64,000 nt of DNA. Source: Naegleria gruberi. Its lineage: Eukaryota. Positions 12,265 through 23,478 of the stretch are shown here, in pieces. Position 1 is the first letter of the stretch. Each line of letters begins with the position of its first letter. The notes beneath the pieces were generated by a model. That model worked only from the letters and a program-made list of their open reading frames with translations, had not been told where the DNA came from and searched no databases. The translations under genes were made by a program, and so were the position numbers. The stretch is from NCBI GenBank assembly GCA_000004985.1, contig GG738845.1; one strand, 5' to 3'.

Positions 12265-13329
12265 TTAATAATACAAATCCCAATCCATATTGATAGCTTT
12301 TTCCCTTAGTTTGATGTCGTCTATCAAGTTTGGACTGGCTTGTATTGTCAATGAGAAATCTCTAGGGGTAATGACATGCTTATCAATTTCATGGATGGCA
12401 TTGGTGCTGAACTCTTCTTCTTCCTCTTCTTCTGGCAGAGGCAGTTCATAGTGTCTATAACTGTGTGTATATTTTCCATCTTTCACTAAATAGGATCCTA
12501 TCTGAGGTTTTTTGTAATTTTCATATTTTTGCTTTTTTTGTTGCAGACATTTTGTTATTAAATTTTTCAAATAGTACTCTGTGGCATAATATAACAAGTT
12601 GATACTTTCACCATCAACATTCATTACGCCCAAATCATTCGCAATCTTATTCATTTTACTTTCGAATAAATCTTTTGTATAGTGTTTTTCATTAGATAAA
12701 TTTACAGATTTGGAAGGGTTATAAGATGTTGAAGTGTGTAAACATAAATTATCAAATATCAAATTTTGGCTCGACAAGTGTAGTAATTCCTTTTCCATTA
12801 GCATCATCATATTATTAATTCCTCTATTTTTACGTTTAGCTCCATCTGTTGAGCTAGTTCCATTCAAATGATGGAATGTCGAAATCTTGGCATTGCACAG
12901 TAAGCTCTTAATAAAGTAATTATGGAGTGCAATAAATTCATATCCAAAAGTAATTTTAATGAAATGGTCCCATTCAGTTTTTGATAATTTAGCTTGTAAA
13001 TATTTAATAAATGTATTCCAATACAAGCCCTTTCTATCATCTAAATGTTTATCTATTGCTTTTTTAATTTGTATCAAATTTATACGTTGTTGTATTGGTT
13101 GATGATGTTCTTTTTTCGTGATTCCTATTTTCCACATTAAATAATATTTAGGATCCAAAATGATGATAATCATGATCCGATAAAAAATATCGTGGTGAAT
13201 AATAATTTTACACTCTCACAATAACATACCACCCTTTGAAAGCATTAACGATGATTTTTGATTTGCTCCTCTTAGTGATGCTGCTCCCGAGGAGGAGAGA
13301 AGTGTCGACGATGTATGTGGGTTGAGCAT
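12265..13329 (-). CDS. Hypothetical protein. Model has a 33-aa first exon at 13230..13329 and an intron at about 13125..13229. An alternative is a single exon from the ATG at 13173.
   Basis: 302-aa ORF 12265..13173. The upstream ATG at 13327-13329 opens MLNPHTSSTLLSSSGAASLRGANQKSSLMLSKG, then a GTATGT donor. An AATAG acceptor rejoins in frame at ..ITKKEHHQ. No domain was recognised confidently. Confidence 0.35.
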
Positions 13330-13504
13330 TTTTTATTATTTTAAATTTAAAAATATTATGTCACAGGTTGCCGCTAAATTTTTGGCTATTGTGAAACCGT
13401 CACAGAATTAGTAGTGTATTAATAACGGAAAACAAGAAACAAGCTTTACACAGTTTGATCCAATAGAGAAATTTTCCATTTGTGATTAATTGCAATTATA
13501 AAAA

Positions 13505-13996
13505 ATGTTTAAAAGAACAATTACTGTACGAAAGTTTATTTCTTCGTCCAGGTTGTTTAACAACTCGTTTCCTAAAACCCAATCCACAAATTACTCAACC
13601 ACACAGAGTAATGCAGATCAAGAAGGCAACACTCAATCAAATATTCATACTGCTGCTGCTGCTTTGGATTATGATGTTAAAGCAGAGAGGAAGCAATTGA
13701 AGAAAGATATGAGAGGCTTGAGTGACAAATATTTTGTTCCTCCACAGGTTGGGGTGGATGATGAGCAATATATCAGGTCCATGGAGACTCTAGAGCAACA
13801 GAGACAAGATGGCTCTACATCTGTAGAAGAATTTGTTTCGCTCACAACAACTACTTTGGAAGTAAAAGAAGTGGAACAAGACCACTCCAAACCACACCAC
13901 AAAAAACGTGGTTTACAACCACAACTTGCCAAAGGGAGCCTTATTAACAACACTAACCAAGATCCATCAAAAGACACTACCATCGATGAAGAATAG
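13505..13996 (+). CDS. Small hypothetical protein of 163 aa. The N-terminus looks like an organellar presequence.
   Basis: ORF starts MFKRTITVRKFISSSRLFNNSFPK and has no recognised domain. It is divergent from the upstream minus-strand gene. Confidence 0.35.
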   Translation: MFKRTITVRKFISSSRLFNNSFPKTQSTNYSTTQSNADQEGNTQSNIHTAAAALDYDVKAERKQLKKDMRGLSDKYFVPPQVGVDDEQYIRSMETLEQQRQDGSTSVEEFVSLTTTTLEVKEVEQDHSKPHHKKRGLQPQLAKGSLINNTNQDPSKDTTIDEE

Positions 13997-14286
13997 TTAT
14001 TGTAAACATGGATTATTGTATTAATACCTCAATTCCCAAGATTCCGTCAATAAACATATATTGGTACTGATGTTTTCTACAAGACTATCTCCATCGCAAG
14101 GTCATCTCTGATGCTTCTGAAGGGATGAACTTTCTGTAGTCGGTTGCTGTTGTTCTCAATATAATAACTCAAAAGTTTAAGGTCAAACCAAACAACTACA
14201 AAAAAAATAATAGTGTTGTGTTCTCTTTCCAAAGGATTGAATTTGCCTCACGCTCTTAATAGATCTCCTTCGCAAGCTCTCAAAAA

Positions 14287-17200
14287 ATGTATTCCCAACA
14301 ACAATACTATCACGAGCAACAACATCACCAACAAATGATGATGGCTCAGCAACAACAAGCCTATAATCCTCAACAAGTTGTTGTTGTGCAAACTACAACT
14401 ACTACTTACCATCAACAGCCAATGTATCAACAATACAATATGTATGGCCAATATAATACGATGGAACAAAACTATGGTACGATTAATACAAACTATGAAC
14501 AACCAAGATCATTAGATACTTTGCCATTCTTTACAACAACTGAGTCGACTGATAGTCACAGTGACTTTGTTCCTCCTCCATTGTTCAATTTTGATAACTT
14601 GAATGTGGAAGCCCTTATTCAACCAACCTATCTTCCAATTGCAACCACTCAAATCAATAATGAGGTTACAAATACCAATAACGTTATAACCAACAATACT
14701 ACCATTAATAAGACCAATATTGTCAATACTGAAATTACAAATAACACTACAACCATTAATAACAATGTTACAAATCAAACTAATAAGATTAACAATGTTG
14801 CCAACACTAATAAGCAAGTTGTAAAAACAGTGGAAAAGAAGTCTGTCGTTAACAATCAAAATACTACAACAAACACTGTTAACAATCAAGTTATCAATAA
14901 TGTCACAACCAACAATATCTCAAAAACCGTTAATAACTCTGTCACTGTTAACGACACTACAGTTAATATTCAAAAGAATCATAATATCCAAACAGTAGAA
15001 ACTTCTGAAAATAATAAGAAAAATGTTACCACCAATGTTAGCGAAACAACAAAGGCTTCTGTCACAGTCCCAACCGTAGATCAAACTAGTAAGGTCACCA
15101 CTAGTAAGACTGTTGAAAAGAACACTACTATTGTGAATAACAGTGTTCCTGTTACTACCACTACAAGTACTCAAAAAACCGTAACTAGACCTCAATCAGC
15201 AACAAAAACAATTACCAATGCAACTACAAATGTTGTCAATAATCAAACAACAAATGTTGTTAACTCAAATACCACCAATACTGTTGTTAATAATACAGTT
15301 AATGTCACAAACAATACAACAACCACAGAAAACACCAAAACATTAGTCAGAACAAATACACAACCAAAACCAATCAGCCCAAGACCTACAAGTCCTGCAG
15401 GAAAGAAGGTTGTCGAAAACAATTCCACTATTGTTAACAATAATGCATCCAACGTGGTTAATAATACTGTTACCAATACCACTAAGGTTGTTGAAAATAA
15501 CACTGTTATCAATAATAATTCGACCAATGTAAAAACAATTGATACCAATACTCTTCAACCAACCACAACAACTCCAAGAAGACCAGTCAGTCCAAGGTTG
15601 AGTAATACCACTACTGCTACTAACACTGTTAAAGCTGTAAATCAAGTTGTTGAAAATAAGGCTGTAGTTAATAATAATCAGACAACGAATGTTGTTAATA
15701 ACACAACCAACAATGTTGTCAATAACAACACAACCACTAGTACTGAAACCACCAAGACTTTGGTTAGAACAAATACTCAACCAAGACCAATTAGTCCAAG
15801 ACCTCCAAGTCCTTCATGCAATAAGGTTGTTGAAAACACGTGCTCTAACGTTGTTAATAATTCTTCTAATGTTGTAAATAATGTGACCAATACAGTCACC
15901 AATAATACTACAACAAATGTTGTCAAAAACACAAACATTGTCAACAATACCAATGTTGTCAATAATAATACCAGTACAACATCTCAAAATACCAAGACTT
16001 TGGTTAGAACAAATACTCAACCAAAACCTATTAGCCCAAGACCAATTGTGGAAACTAATTGCTCCTCAGTTGTTGAAAATAATTCATGTAAGGTTGTTGA
16101 TAATGATTCAACTAAGGTAGTCAATAATTGCTCAAATGTAGTTAACAATGTCTCAACAACAGTAACCCAAAATGTTGTTACTAATACAGTAACAAACATT
16201 ACTAATACCACAAATACAGTGATTAGTAACACAAAGGTCGTTGAAAATAAGACTGTTATTAACAATGACTGCACAAACGTAAAGACCATTGAAAACAACA
16301 CCAATACTTCAACCCTTCAAGCAACCACCACAACTCCAAGAAGACCTGTCAGTCCAAGAGTCAATAGCTCTGCTAATGTAACAAGGACAGAACAAAACGT
16401 TGTTCAAAACTCTGTGACTAACAATGTTACAAATAATGTCACAAAGAATGTCGAAAATAATACTATTGTAAAGAATGAATCAAATTGTGTTAAAACAGTT
16501 ACTAACAATACAAAGGTTGAAAACAATACACTCCAAAACACCACCACAACTCCAAGAAGACCAGCAAGCCCTTCCCCTCAAACCACCACCAATTCAACTA
16601 GTAACACTGTTACAAAAACTATTGTCAATAACACTACAACAAACAGTAATACTACCATTATTAATAACAATGTTGTCAATAATACCTCTAATCAAACATC
16701 CAACACAACCAAATCCGTCAAACTTGAAAGTACAGTTAACAATAACCAACCAACTTCAATTACAGCAACCAAAACAGTGGAAACCAATACAAGTATTGTT
16801 AATAACAAGGCACCTGTCTCCACAACCACCACAACTCAAACTGCCTCAATTACAAGACCACAAAGTGCCACTAAGACGGTATCAAACACTACAACTGTAA
16901 CCAATAACCAAGAAATTAACAAGACCATTGTGAACAATACCACCAATAACATTATTAATAATACTATTATTGAAAAGAATATTACCAATAATGTTACAAA
17001 CAATGTTGTCAATAACCAGACAGTTAACAAGTCTATTGAACAAAATAATAACTCAACTGTAGAATGTATCAATAACAAGAAATGTAACATTACTAATACA
17101 GTTGAAAAGGTCAATGTTATTAATAATGTTACTTCAAATGTTACAAACAATATTACTCATGTCACTAACACAACCAACACTGTTACCAATAATGTTATTA

Positions 17201-18783
17201 ACAACACTAATGTGATCAACAACTCCACAGTTAATAAGAATGTTAGTGAAACAAACAATTCTTCCAAGTGCATTACAGATGAGACAAACATTTGCAATAA
17301 TAAGGCTATCACCAACCAAACCAACAAGTGCTCCGTTGAAAATAGTGAAAGAAAATGGGTAATTGAAGTTACAATTACCAACTTTAAATCAAACTTTTCT
17401 CACTTGATGGGAGTTTCTCCTCTCTATTCTTCAACTTTACAAACTTTGGAGAAGTATCAAGCCAATCTCATGAAGACTCTTGAATTGGCAACTGGAGATA
17501 ATACTCACAAGTTTATGACTTTGGCCAATCAAATCGATTCTGAATTTGAAAAGAATATAGGTTGGTTGACTAGAACAATTGTCATGCTCGAAAGAGAAAA
17601 GATTGCGTTCAACAACTGGACTGATAACCCTAATATTCCAAAATTTTTGTCTATGAATGTTGAACAACTCATTGAGGAGTGTAGAAAGCTACCTTCTGAT
17701 CCAAAATTTGATTCATCAGTCAAGACTCTTATTGAATACTTCCAAAAGTATGGCAAATTAGTACAATACTTGGTTCTTTTAAGATATTATTATACTAGTA
17801 TCCATAAAAAGTATGACGCCCCAAAGGTTGTCCTTGAAAGAACTACAAGATGTGGAGTTTCAAAGATGTATTCGGACAATGATTTTGACTTTACTGTTGA
17901 TTCCCTCAAGGTCAGTGTTGCCTATTGGTTAAGGCCTTGTCAATTCAGTGATAAGCCAATCTTGGTTGATTCTGCCGCTGGTATTGAAGTAAAGAATATC
18001 AGAAAGGGTCTTATCAACAATGCCTATTTTATCTCTGCACTCTATGCCATTTCATCAAAGAGACCAGAAATTATCAAGAATAGTTTTGTTGAAACTGATT
18101 TTGTTACGGGAAGACATACCATGAAGCTCTACAATTCTAATGGTCACCAAAAGTTTGTTTCAATTGATGATAGCATTCCTATTGAATATTTGGGTAAGCC
18201 TATTGGTGCCATCTCTGGAAATCCAAATGAATTCTGGGTGCAATTGTTAGAAAAATCTTACGCAAAACACTTGGGAGGTTATCATATGTATTGCCATGGT
18301 GGTAGACCCCAAGATGCTCTCCAATCATTGTTTGGAACGAAGATTAGCTTTGAAACCAAGTTAGGAAGTAGTTGCGACGTTTCATCTGTTTGGTCAAGAG
18401 TCGTTTCAGAATTCAACAATGGAAATCTCCTTCTTGTTTCAAATACTAAGGGCTACAATGAAATTACTGAAAATGATTGTCATGCTTATATTGTCCAACA
18501 AGTTGTTGAAGTAGAAGATGATAATAAGGTTGTTCACAAGCTTGTAAAGTTATTCAACCCATGGGGTTTCGCTTACAGCTCAAATGAGCAATTAACTGAG
18601 AAGGCATATGCTTGCATGGAATGGAAAGGTAAATACTCTGACAATGATTCATCATGGAATGAATCACTCTTGAAAAAACTTGATGTTAAGAGTGCTAATG
18701 ATGGCATATTTTGGATGTGTTGTGAAGATTTCTGTCGTCACTGGACTGAGGTAGTATCTGTTACTCTTCCTCGTGCTAAGTAA
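14287..18783 (+). CDS. Calpain-like protein with the catalytic Cys replaced by Ala (likely an inactive pseudoprotease). It is preceded by about 1000 aa of Q-rich and T/N/V-rich repetitive low complexity.
   Basis: Single 1498-aa ORF. The C-terminal calpain core has WLRPCQF, then IRKGLINNAYFISALYAIS where calpains have QGALGDCWLLAA. Other core motifs are EFWVQLLEKSYAKHLGGY, CHAYIV (His kept), LFNPWG (Asn kept) and IFWMCCEDF. The N-terminal region carries tandem protein repeats TKTLVRTNTQP[KR]PISPRP (three copies) and TTTTPRRP[VA]SP (three copies). There is no signal peptide. Confidence 0.8.
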   Translation: MYSQQQYYHEQQHHQQMMMAQQQQAYNPQQVVVVQTTTTTYHQQPMYQQYNMYGQYNTMEQNYGTINTNYEQPRSLDTLPFFTTTESTDSHSDFVPPPLFNFDNLNVEALIQPTYLPIATTQINNEVTNTNNVITNNTTINKTNIVNTEITNNTTTINNNVTNQTNKINNVANTNKQVVKTVEKKSVVNNQNTTTNTVNNQVINNVTTNNISKTVNNSVTVNDTTVNIQKNHNIQTVETSENNKKNVTTNVSETTKASVTVPTVDQTSKVTTSKTVEKNTTIVNNSVPVTTTTSTQKTVTRPQSATKTITNATTNVVNNQTTNVVNSNTTNTVVNNTVNVTNNTTTTENTKTLVRTNTQPKPISPRPTSPAGKKVVENNSTIVNNNASNVVNNTVTNTTKVVENNTVINNNSTNVKTIDTNTLQPTTTTPRRPVSPRLSNTTTATNTVKAVNQVVENKAVVNNNQTTNVVNNTTNNVVNNNTTTSTETTKTLVRTNTQPRPISPRPPSPSCNKVVENTCSNVVNNSSNVVNNVTNTVTNNTTTNVVKNTNIVNNTNVVNNNTSTTSQNTKTLVRTNTQPKPISPRPIVETNCSSVVENNSCKVVDNDSTKVVNNCSNVVNNVSTTVTQNVVTNTVTNITNTTNTVISNTKVVENKTVINNDCTNVKTIENNTNTSTLQATTTTPRRPVSPRVNSSANVTRTEQNVVQNSVTNNVTNNVTKNVENNTIVKNESNCVKTVTNNTKVENNTLQNTTTTPRRPASPSPQTTTNSTSNTVTKTIVNNTTTNSNTTIINNNVVNNTSNQTSNTTKSVKLESTVNNNQPTSITATKTVETNTSIVNNKAPVSTTTTTQTASITRPQSATKTVSNTTTVTNNQEINKTIVNNTTNNIINNTIIEKNITNNVTNNVVNNQTVNKSIEQNNNSTVECINNKKCNITNTVEKVNVINNVTSNVTNNITHVTNTTNTVTNNVINNTNVINNSTVNKNVSETNNSSKCITDETNICNNKAITNQTNKCSVENSERKWVIEVTITNFKSNFSHLMGVSPLYSSTLQTLEKYQANLMKTLELATGDNTHKFMTLANQIDSEFEKNIGWLTRTIVMLEREKIAFNNWTDNPNIPKFLSMNVEQLIEECRKLPSDPKFDSSVKTLIEYFQKYGKLVQYLVLLRYYYTSIHKKYDAPKVVLERTTRCGVSKMYSDNDFDFTVDSLKVSVAYWLRPCQFSDKPILVDSAAGIEVKNIRKGLINNAYFISALYAISSKRPEIIKNSFVETDFVTGRHTMKLYNSNGHQKFVSIDDSIPIEYLGKPIGAISGNPNEFWVQLLEKSYAKHLGGYHMYCHGGRPQDALQSLFGTKISFETKLGSSCDVSSVWSRVVSEFNNGNLLLVSNTKGYNEITENDCHAYIVQQVVEVEDDNKVVHKLVKLFNPWGFAYSSNEQLTEKAYACMEWKGKYSDNDSSWNESLLKKLDVKSANDGIFWMCCEDFCRHWTEVVSVTLPRAK
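15330..16600 (+). repeat. Imperfect tandem coding repeats inside the calpain-like gene
   Basis: The DNA segment accaagactttggttagaacaaatactcaaccaa(a/g)accaattagtccaagacc recurs near 15340, 15751 and 15990. A second family encoding TTTTPRRPVSPR recurs near 15557, 16322 and 16547. Confidence 0.7.
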
Positions 18784-18852
18784 AAATAATTTAGAATAAA
18801 TTATATTTCTGAAATTTCCTGAAAATTAATAAATAACCTTTGTAAACCTTTT

Positions 18853-19857
18853 TTATTGTTTGTTGGCCTTCTTTGCTTTTGCCAAAAAGTCGTCCTTCAT
18901 CTTGATAGTAAGCATGTATTCATTCTTTTGCTTGAATGGTTTATCTTCTTCAAGGGCTTTCTTTAAATCCATACCAGGGAATTCATTAGCAAGTTTTTCC
19001 TTAGCTTTACCAACAAAGTCTTTTAACATTTGGAAAGCTTGTTCTTCATTTTCAACACGGAAACACAAAATCTTTACCTTTTTTCCTGTCACCAAAAACT
19101 TGATCATTTTCTTCATCTTGACATCCAAATCATGAGTATCAATATTAGCAGAAAATCTAATTTCCTTAGTCTTCTTCTCTTCCAATTCCTTTTCTAAATC
19201 CTTCAACTGGCTCAACTTGTCCTTGATAATTGCATGTTTTAAAAATACAACATAATCACCCAATTTAACAACTGGTGGGCTAACAGAATCTACAACTAGG
19301 ATTAAATCTAATCCTTCATTGAGTGCAATTTCTTCTGCTGATTCTCTATCAATTTTATCGGCAATCATTGTACCATCACTGACACGAATAAGTCTATAGT
19401 GTGTAAATTCTTCTGGAATTTCATAATTTACAGGTTTAGTAATTTGGTCAATTCCGAGTTCCTCTTCCTTGGCTACAAGAATGGTCTTGCTTGTTCGGAG
19501 AGCCTTTTCTTTTTTAGAAGATGTTGTTCTAGCTTTGAAATAATTGGACCATTTAATATCAAGTTCTTGAGCAACACGATCCAAGTAAGCTGCCTCATCT
19601 TCTCCTTCATTGGCACTCTTAGGAACAGCAGTAGTATGATACATCATTTGTTGACCAGTACTTGTTGTTGTATTCATAAATAATGCATTATTATTAACAA
19701 ATTGTTTAGTATTCAAAGATAGTTGTTGATGTACAATATTCAAAAATCTATTATTATTATTATTGTTAATAATAATAGGAAGGATGGAATTTACACTAGG
19801 AGAGGAAGCGGATTTGAAAATTCCTCTGATATTATTTACAAGGCTTAACCTTTTCAT
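18853..19857 (-). CDS. Translation initiation factor IF-3 homolog, organellar and most likely mitochondrial
   Basis: The IF3 N-domain is RLIRVSDGTMIADKIDRESAEEIALNEGLDLILVVDSVSPPVVKLGDY. The C-domain is KEIRFSANIDTHDLDVKMKKMIKFLVTGKKVKILCFRVENEE. A long N/S-rich presequence begins MKRLSLVNNIRGIF. Confidence 0.75.
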   Translation of the reverse strand: MKRLSLVNNIRGIFKSASSPSVNSILPIIINNNNNNRFLNIVHQQLSLNTKQFVNNNALFMNTTTSTGQQMMYHTTAVPKSANEGEDEAAYLDRVAQELDIKWSNYFKARTTSSKKEKALRTSKTILVAKEEELGIDQITKPVNYEIPEEFTHYRLIRVSDGTMIADKIDRESAEEIALNEGLDLILVVDSVSPPVVKLGDYVVFLKHAIIKDKLSQLKDLEKELEEKKTKEIRFSANIDTHDLDVKMKKMIKFLVTGKKVKILCFRVENEEQAFQMLKDFVGKAKEKLANEFPGMDLKKALEEDKPFKQKNEYMLTIKMKDDFLAKAKKANKQ

Positions 19858-20059
19858 TTTTTTTGTTTGTGAGTTATTTTTAAAACTTGATTGCTTCTTT
19901 CTAATTGCATCAAGCTTTTATTAAGAAATTCGCAACTTGTTATCAAAGGAAGAGAGATAATTGTAATATTGTTGAATTTAAAGGTTCATTGCATTACTTA
20001 TTGAAATTTAAATGATGAAAAAAGTAGGAATAGAATGTGAAAAAAAGTTAGTTCAAAAT

Positions 20060-20932
20060 TTATTGTTTGAGACCCAATCTTCTAGAAGCGAACAATGGAA
20101 GAACAAAGCTTGAAGCATGGAGACCTGGGTTATAGTATTGGAGGGTATCCTTAGCAGATTCGAACCATTCAGTTCTCTTAGCAACCTTGACGTCATTGGA
20201 TTCATCCTTAGAACAAATGAAGAAACCAATAGCACCAGATGGATAAGTTGGAATGGAAATAGTAGAGTAGGAGACATTTGGGAAAATATCAACAATGAAA
20301 TCCTTCATACCAGCAATAATGTCCAAGTGCAACCACATGGATTCAGCTTGAGTACACAAAATACCATTTTCGTTCAAAGCTTCCTTGCAGGACTTGTAGA
20401 ATTCAGGTCCGAACAATGATGAAGCAGGACCAACTGGATCAGAAGAGTCAACAATGACAACATCAAAGCAATTCTTGTGTTCCTTCAAGAAGACAGCACC
20501 ATCATAAATGTGGAGCTTGAGCTTTGGACTTTCGAAAGACATATTCATGTGTGGGAGGAACTTCTTGGAAGCATTAACGACACCTTCATCAATTTCACAC
20601 AAGTGGACTTCTTCAACAGATGGATGCTTCAAAATTTCTCTAACGACACCACCGTCACCACCACCAATAACACAAACCTTCTTTGGGTCAGTCTTGAGAG
20701 CAGCCAATGGGATGTGAGCCATCATTTCTTGATAAGCACATTCATCTCTTTCAGTTTGTTGGATGACACCATCCAAAACCAAAACTCTTCCGTAATTTTC
20801 AGAGTCAAAGACCAAAATATCTTGGAACTTGGACTTTTCTTCGTGCAAAACTTGCTTGACCTTCAAGCTGAAACATTCTCCTGGCCACATAGTGGAGAGT
20901 TCTGAGAACCAACCTTCCTTTAAAGCGTTCAT
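20060..20932 (-). CDS. Spermidine synthase
   Basis: Starts at the ATG for MNALKEGWF inside ORF 20060..21166. The full aminopropyltransferase signature is present: VLVLDGVIQQTERDECAYQEMMAHIPL, KVCVIGGGDGGVVREI, VVIVDSSDPVGPASSLF and YPSGAIGFF. Confidence 0.9.
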   Translation of the reverse strand: MNALKEGWFSELSTMWPGECFSLKVKQVLHEEKSKFQDILVFDSENYGRVLVLDGVIQQTERDECAYQEMMAHIPLAALKTDPKKVCVIGGGDGGVVREILKHPSVEEVHLCEIDEGVVNASKKFLPHMNMSFESPKLKLHIYDGAVFLKEHKNCFDVVIVDSSDPVGPASSLFGPEFYKSCKEALNENGILCTQAESMWLHLDIIAGMKDFIVDIFPNVSYSTISIPTYPSGAIGFFICSKDESNDVKVAKRTEWFESAKDTLQYYNPGLHASSFVLPLFASRRLGLKQ

Positions 20933-21236
20933 ATTGTTTTGTTGTTGTTGTTTGGGTGTTGTGTTAATATTTTTTTTGAACAGCAAATATTTTGAATAGG
21001 TTTTAACGGGTTGTTTTGCGTTGTTGTTGCGGTGCCAACTTCTGCTTGGTTGATGTTTGTGATGGTCCAACAAAAGGATTCTTGTTGAGGCACAAAGATG
21101 TTTCTTCATGAAAAGATAGAGAGATCTCCAACACAGGTGGTGACTTGCTTTTTTAATTATGTGCAATAGAGGTTGGTTTGTTTACAAAAAGAATGCATTG
21201 TAAAGTTTTCTTATGAGAAAAAACTGGATTTAAAAT

Positions 21237-23277
21237 TTATTTAGAAGCTTCTCTAATTTCCTTAATGAGCTTCTTCTTGTAAGCATCAATGTTATCCTTA
21301 TAAATCTTGACAGTACCCTTTTCAACTTGCCAGATTTGCTTATTTTCTATCTTATCAATCAATCTAAAATCGTGAGAAACTAAAACAACACCGCCAGAGT
21401 AGCAGTTGATAGCTTCAGCAAGAGAGTCAATTGTTTCAATATCAAGATGGCTGTAAAAAGATAAATTAGAAATTAAATTCAATCTAATATACTTACTTAG
21501 TAGGTTCGTCAAGGAACAAAATAAATGGCTTCTTAAGAGCTAACCAAGCAAAAATCAATCTTGATTTCAAACCATCTGAGAGACATTTAATTGGAGCAGT
21601 TTGACGTGTACCACTGATACCATAAGTACCAATAGCAGCTCTCATCATTTCTGTACCATTAGAGTTATTTTCAATAAGGTCTGGGAATTCCTTAAACATC
21701 CATTCTAAAGGAGTCATGTCTTCATCTAATTGCTAAATAAATAGTTAAAATTATTGACAGGTTATTAAAAACATACTTCAGTCAAATGTTGGTGGTAGTG
21801 ACCAATCTTCAAGTGGGAGTGAAGATTAATATCTCCAGAGACAGGTTTAAGTTGCTTAACCATGAGTTTCATCAATGTAGATTTACCAGCACCATTCTAT
21901 AAAGAGTGTTAAAAATTTCAATTAAGGATATACTATTGACTACTTACTGGACCGACGAGAGCAATACGGGAATCCATATCAACACCCAAAGATAGCTTAC
22001 TGAATAACAATGGAGGTTCTGGCATAATTTCAGTAGCTGGGTAGTGGAATGAGACTTCGTTAAATTGCAAAACTGGTGGTGGCAACTTTGGAACATCTGG
22101 GAATGTGAATTTGAAAATCTTGTCAGCAGTAACCTTTTCAGTTAAACCACTTCTCATCATCTTTTCAAGTTGTTTTTCCTTAGATTTGGCTTGTCTAGAC
22201 ATTTTGATGGATGTTTGACCGAACTTGGCAATATATTCCTTCATTCTACTGATATCATCTTGTTCAGATTGATATCTCTTCATTTGATTGACTTCTAATT
22301 CTTCTCTAGTCTTGCAGTAGGTATCATAATTACCTCCGTAATAAGTTAATCTTTGATCTTTGAGATGGATAATTGATGTACAGACATTGTTAAGGAAATC
22401 TTGAGAGTGGGAAATGATAATTAAAGAGTTTTCATATTCTTTGAGGTACATTTCAAGCCAGACACAAGTTTCAAGATCAAGATGGCTGTATATTATTAAT
22501 GGATGGAAATAAGATTGTAATTATATGAAAATAAGAATTAGGTCAAAAATCATAAAACACTTACTTTGTAGGTTCATCGAGAAGCAAAACATCAGGTTCA
22601 ATGAAAAGAGCTTCGGCCAACTTGATTCTCATTCTCCAACCACCGGAGAAATCCTTAGTTGCCTTCAATTGCATTTGAGGAGTAAAACCCAAACCGTGCA
22701 AAAGTTTAGCAGCCTTAGGTTTCGTCCATTCTGGATCTAATTCTTCCAACTTATCCATGATGAGTTCTTGTCTTTCAGTTGTTGTCTTTGGATCGTTCAA
22801 TTCCTTTTCTAATCTTTTACGTTCCTTATCGACACTTGATAAAACATAGTCAAGTGCACTCATATCGGTTGGTTTAGCTTCACCTTGTAAGTGATAAATT
22901 GAAATTTGCTTTGGAATAGGAATCATTCTTCTACCCAAAACTTTGAGAAGAGTGGATTTACCTGAACCATTCAAACCGATTAAACCGTATTTAACACCTC
23001 TATTCAAACAAAATTCAGTGTCATCAATAAGATCAACTGAGGCAGAGAGTTGTGGTGAAGAAATGGATATAGAAAAGTGTTCAAATTTCAAGTCCATAGA
23101 AAGTGGGTGAGAAACCAAATTACCAGTGGCTGAAATGTGAAGAGTTGTTGTGGAAGCATCTTGTTGAAGTTCGTGATTTTCGTCATCACTATCATAATCA
23201 ACCTTTGTTGGAGTGGTACTAGCAGGAGAAGGAGTATTGGATTTACCACCTTTCTTGTTATTCTTCTTTGGAGGCAT
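21237..23277 (-). CDS. ABCF-family ATP-binding cassette protein (GCN20/ABC50-like), with two NBDs and no TMD. Five exons: 22565..23277, 21948..22485, 21777..21896, 21497..21732, 21237..21450.
   Basis: Walker A motifs [12 protein letters not shown] and GPNGAGKST are present. ABC signatures and D-loops span the introns: [19 protein letters not shown] and [17 protein letters not shown]. Introns are 79, 51, 44 and 46 nt, with GTAAGT or GTATGT donors and CAG or TAG acceptors. All junctions were frame-checked against ORF-track coordinates. Confidence 0.85.
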
Positions 23278-23478
23278 GTTGGGTGATGAGTGGTAATGTG
23301 GTGGTGGTGGTTAGTCTTTTGACTTTTTTTTGTTCAAACAATTTCCAGATAGATGGTTGGTTTTTGTTGAAGCGAGAATCCTCCAATAAATGTTTTACAT
23401 TTGGCTTTTCTTGCCTGGTACCTAGGTAATGATGTTGTTTAAATAAATTGAATAATAAATAATTAATAATTTAAAAAA

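Noticed and set aside
14248-17400. Many antisense and alternative-frame ORFs of 60-145 aa overlap the big repetitive gene, for example 14512..14889, 15343..15780 and 16017..16304.
   Set aside because: They lie inside the low-complexity A/T-rich repeat region. Such a region is statistically open in several frames. Their translations are hydrophobic poly-V/L/I mirror images of the N/T/V-rich sense protein. I judge them to be artefacts.
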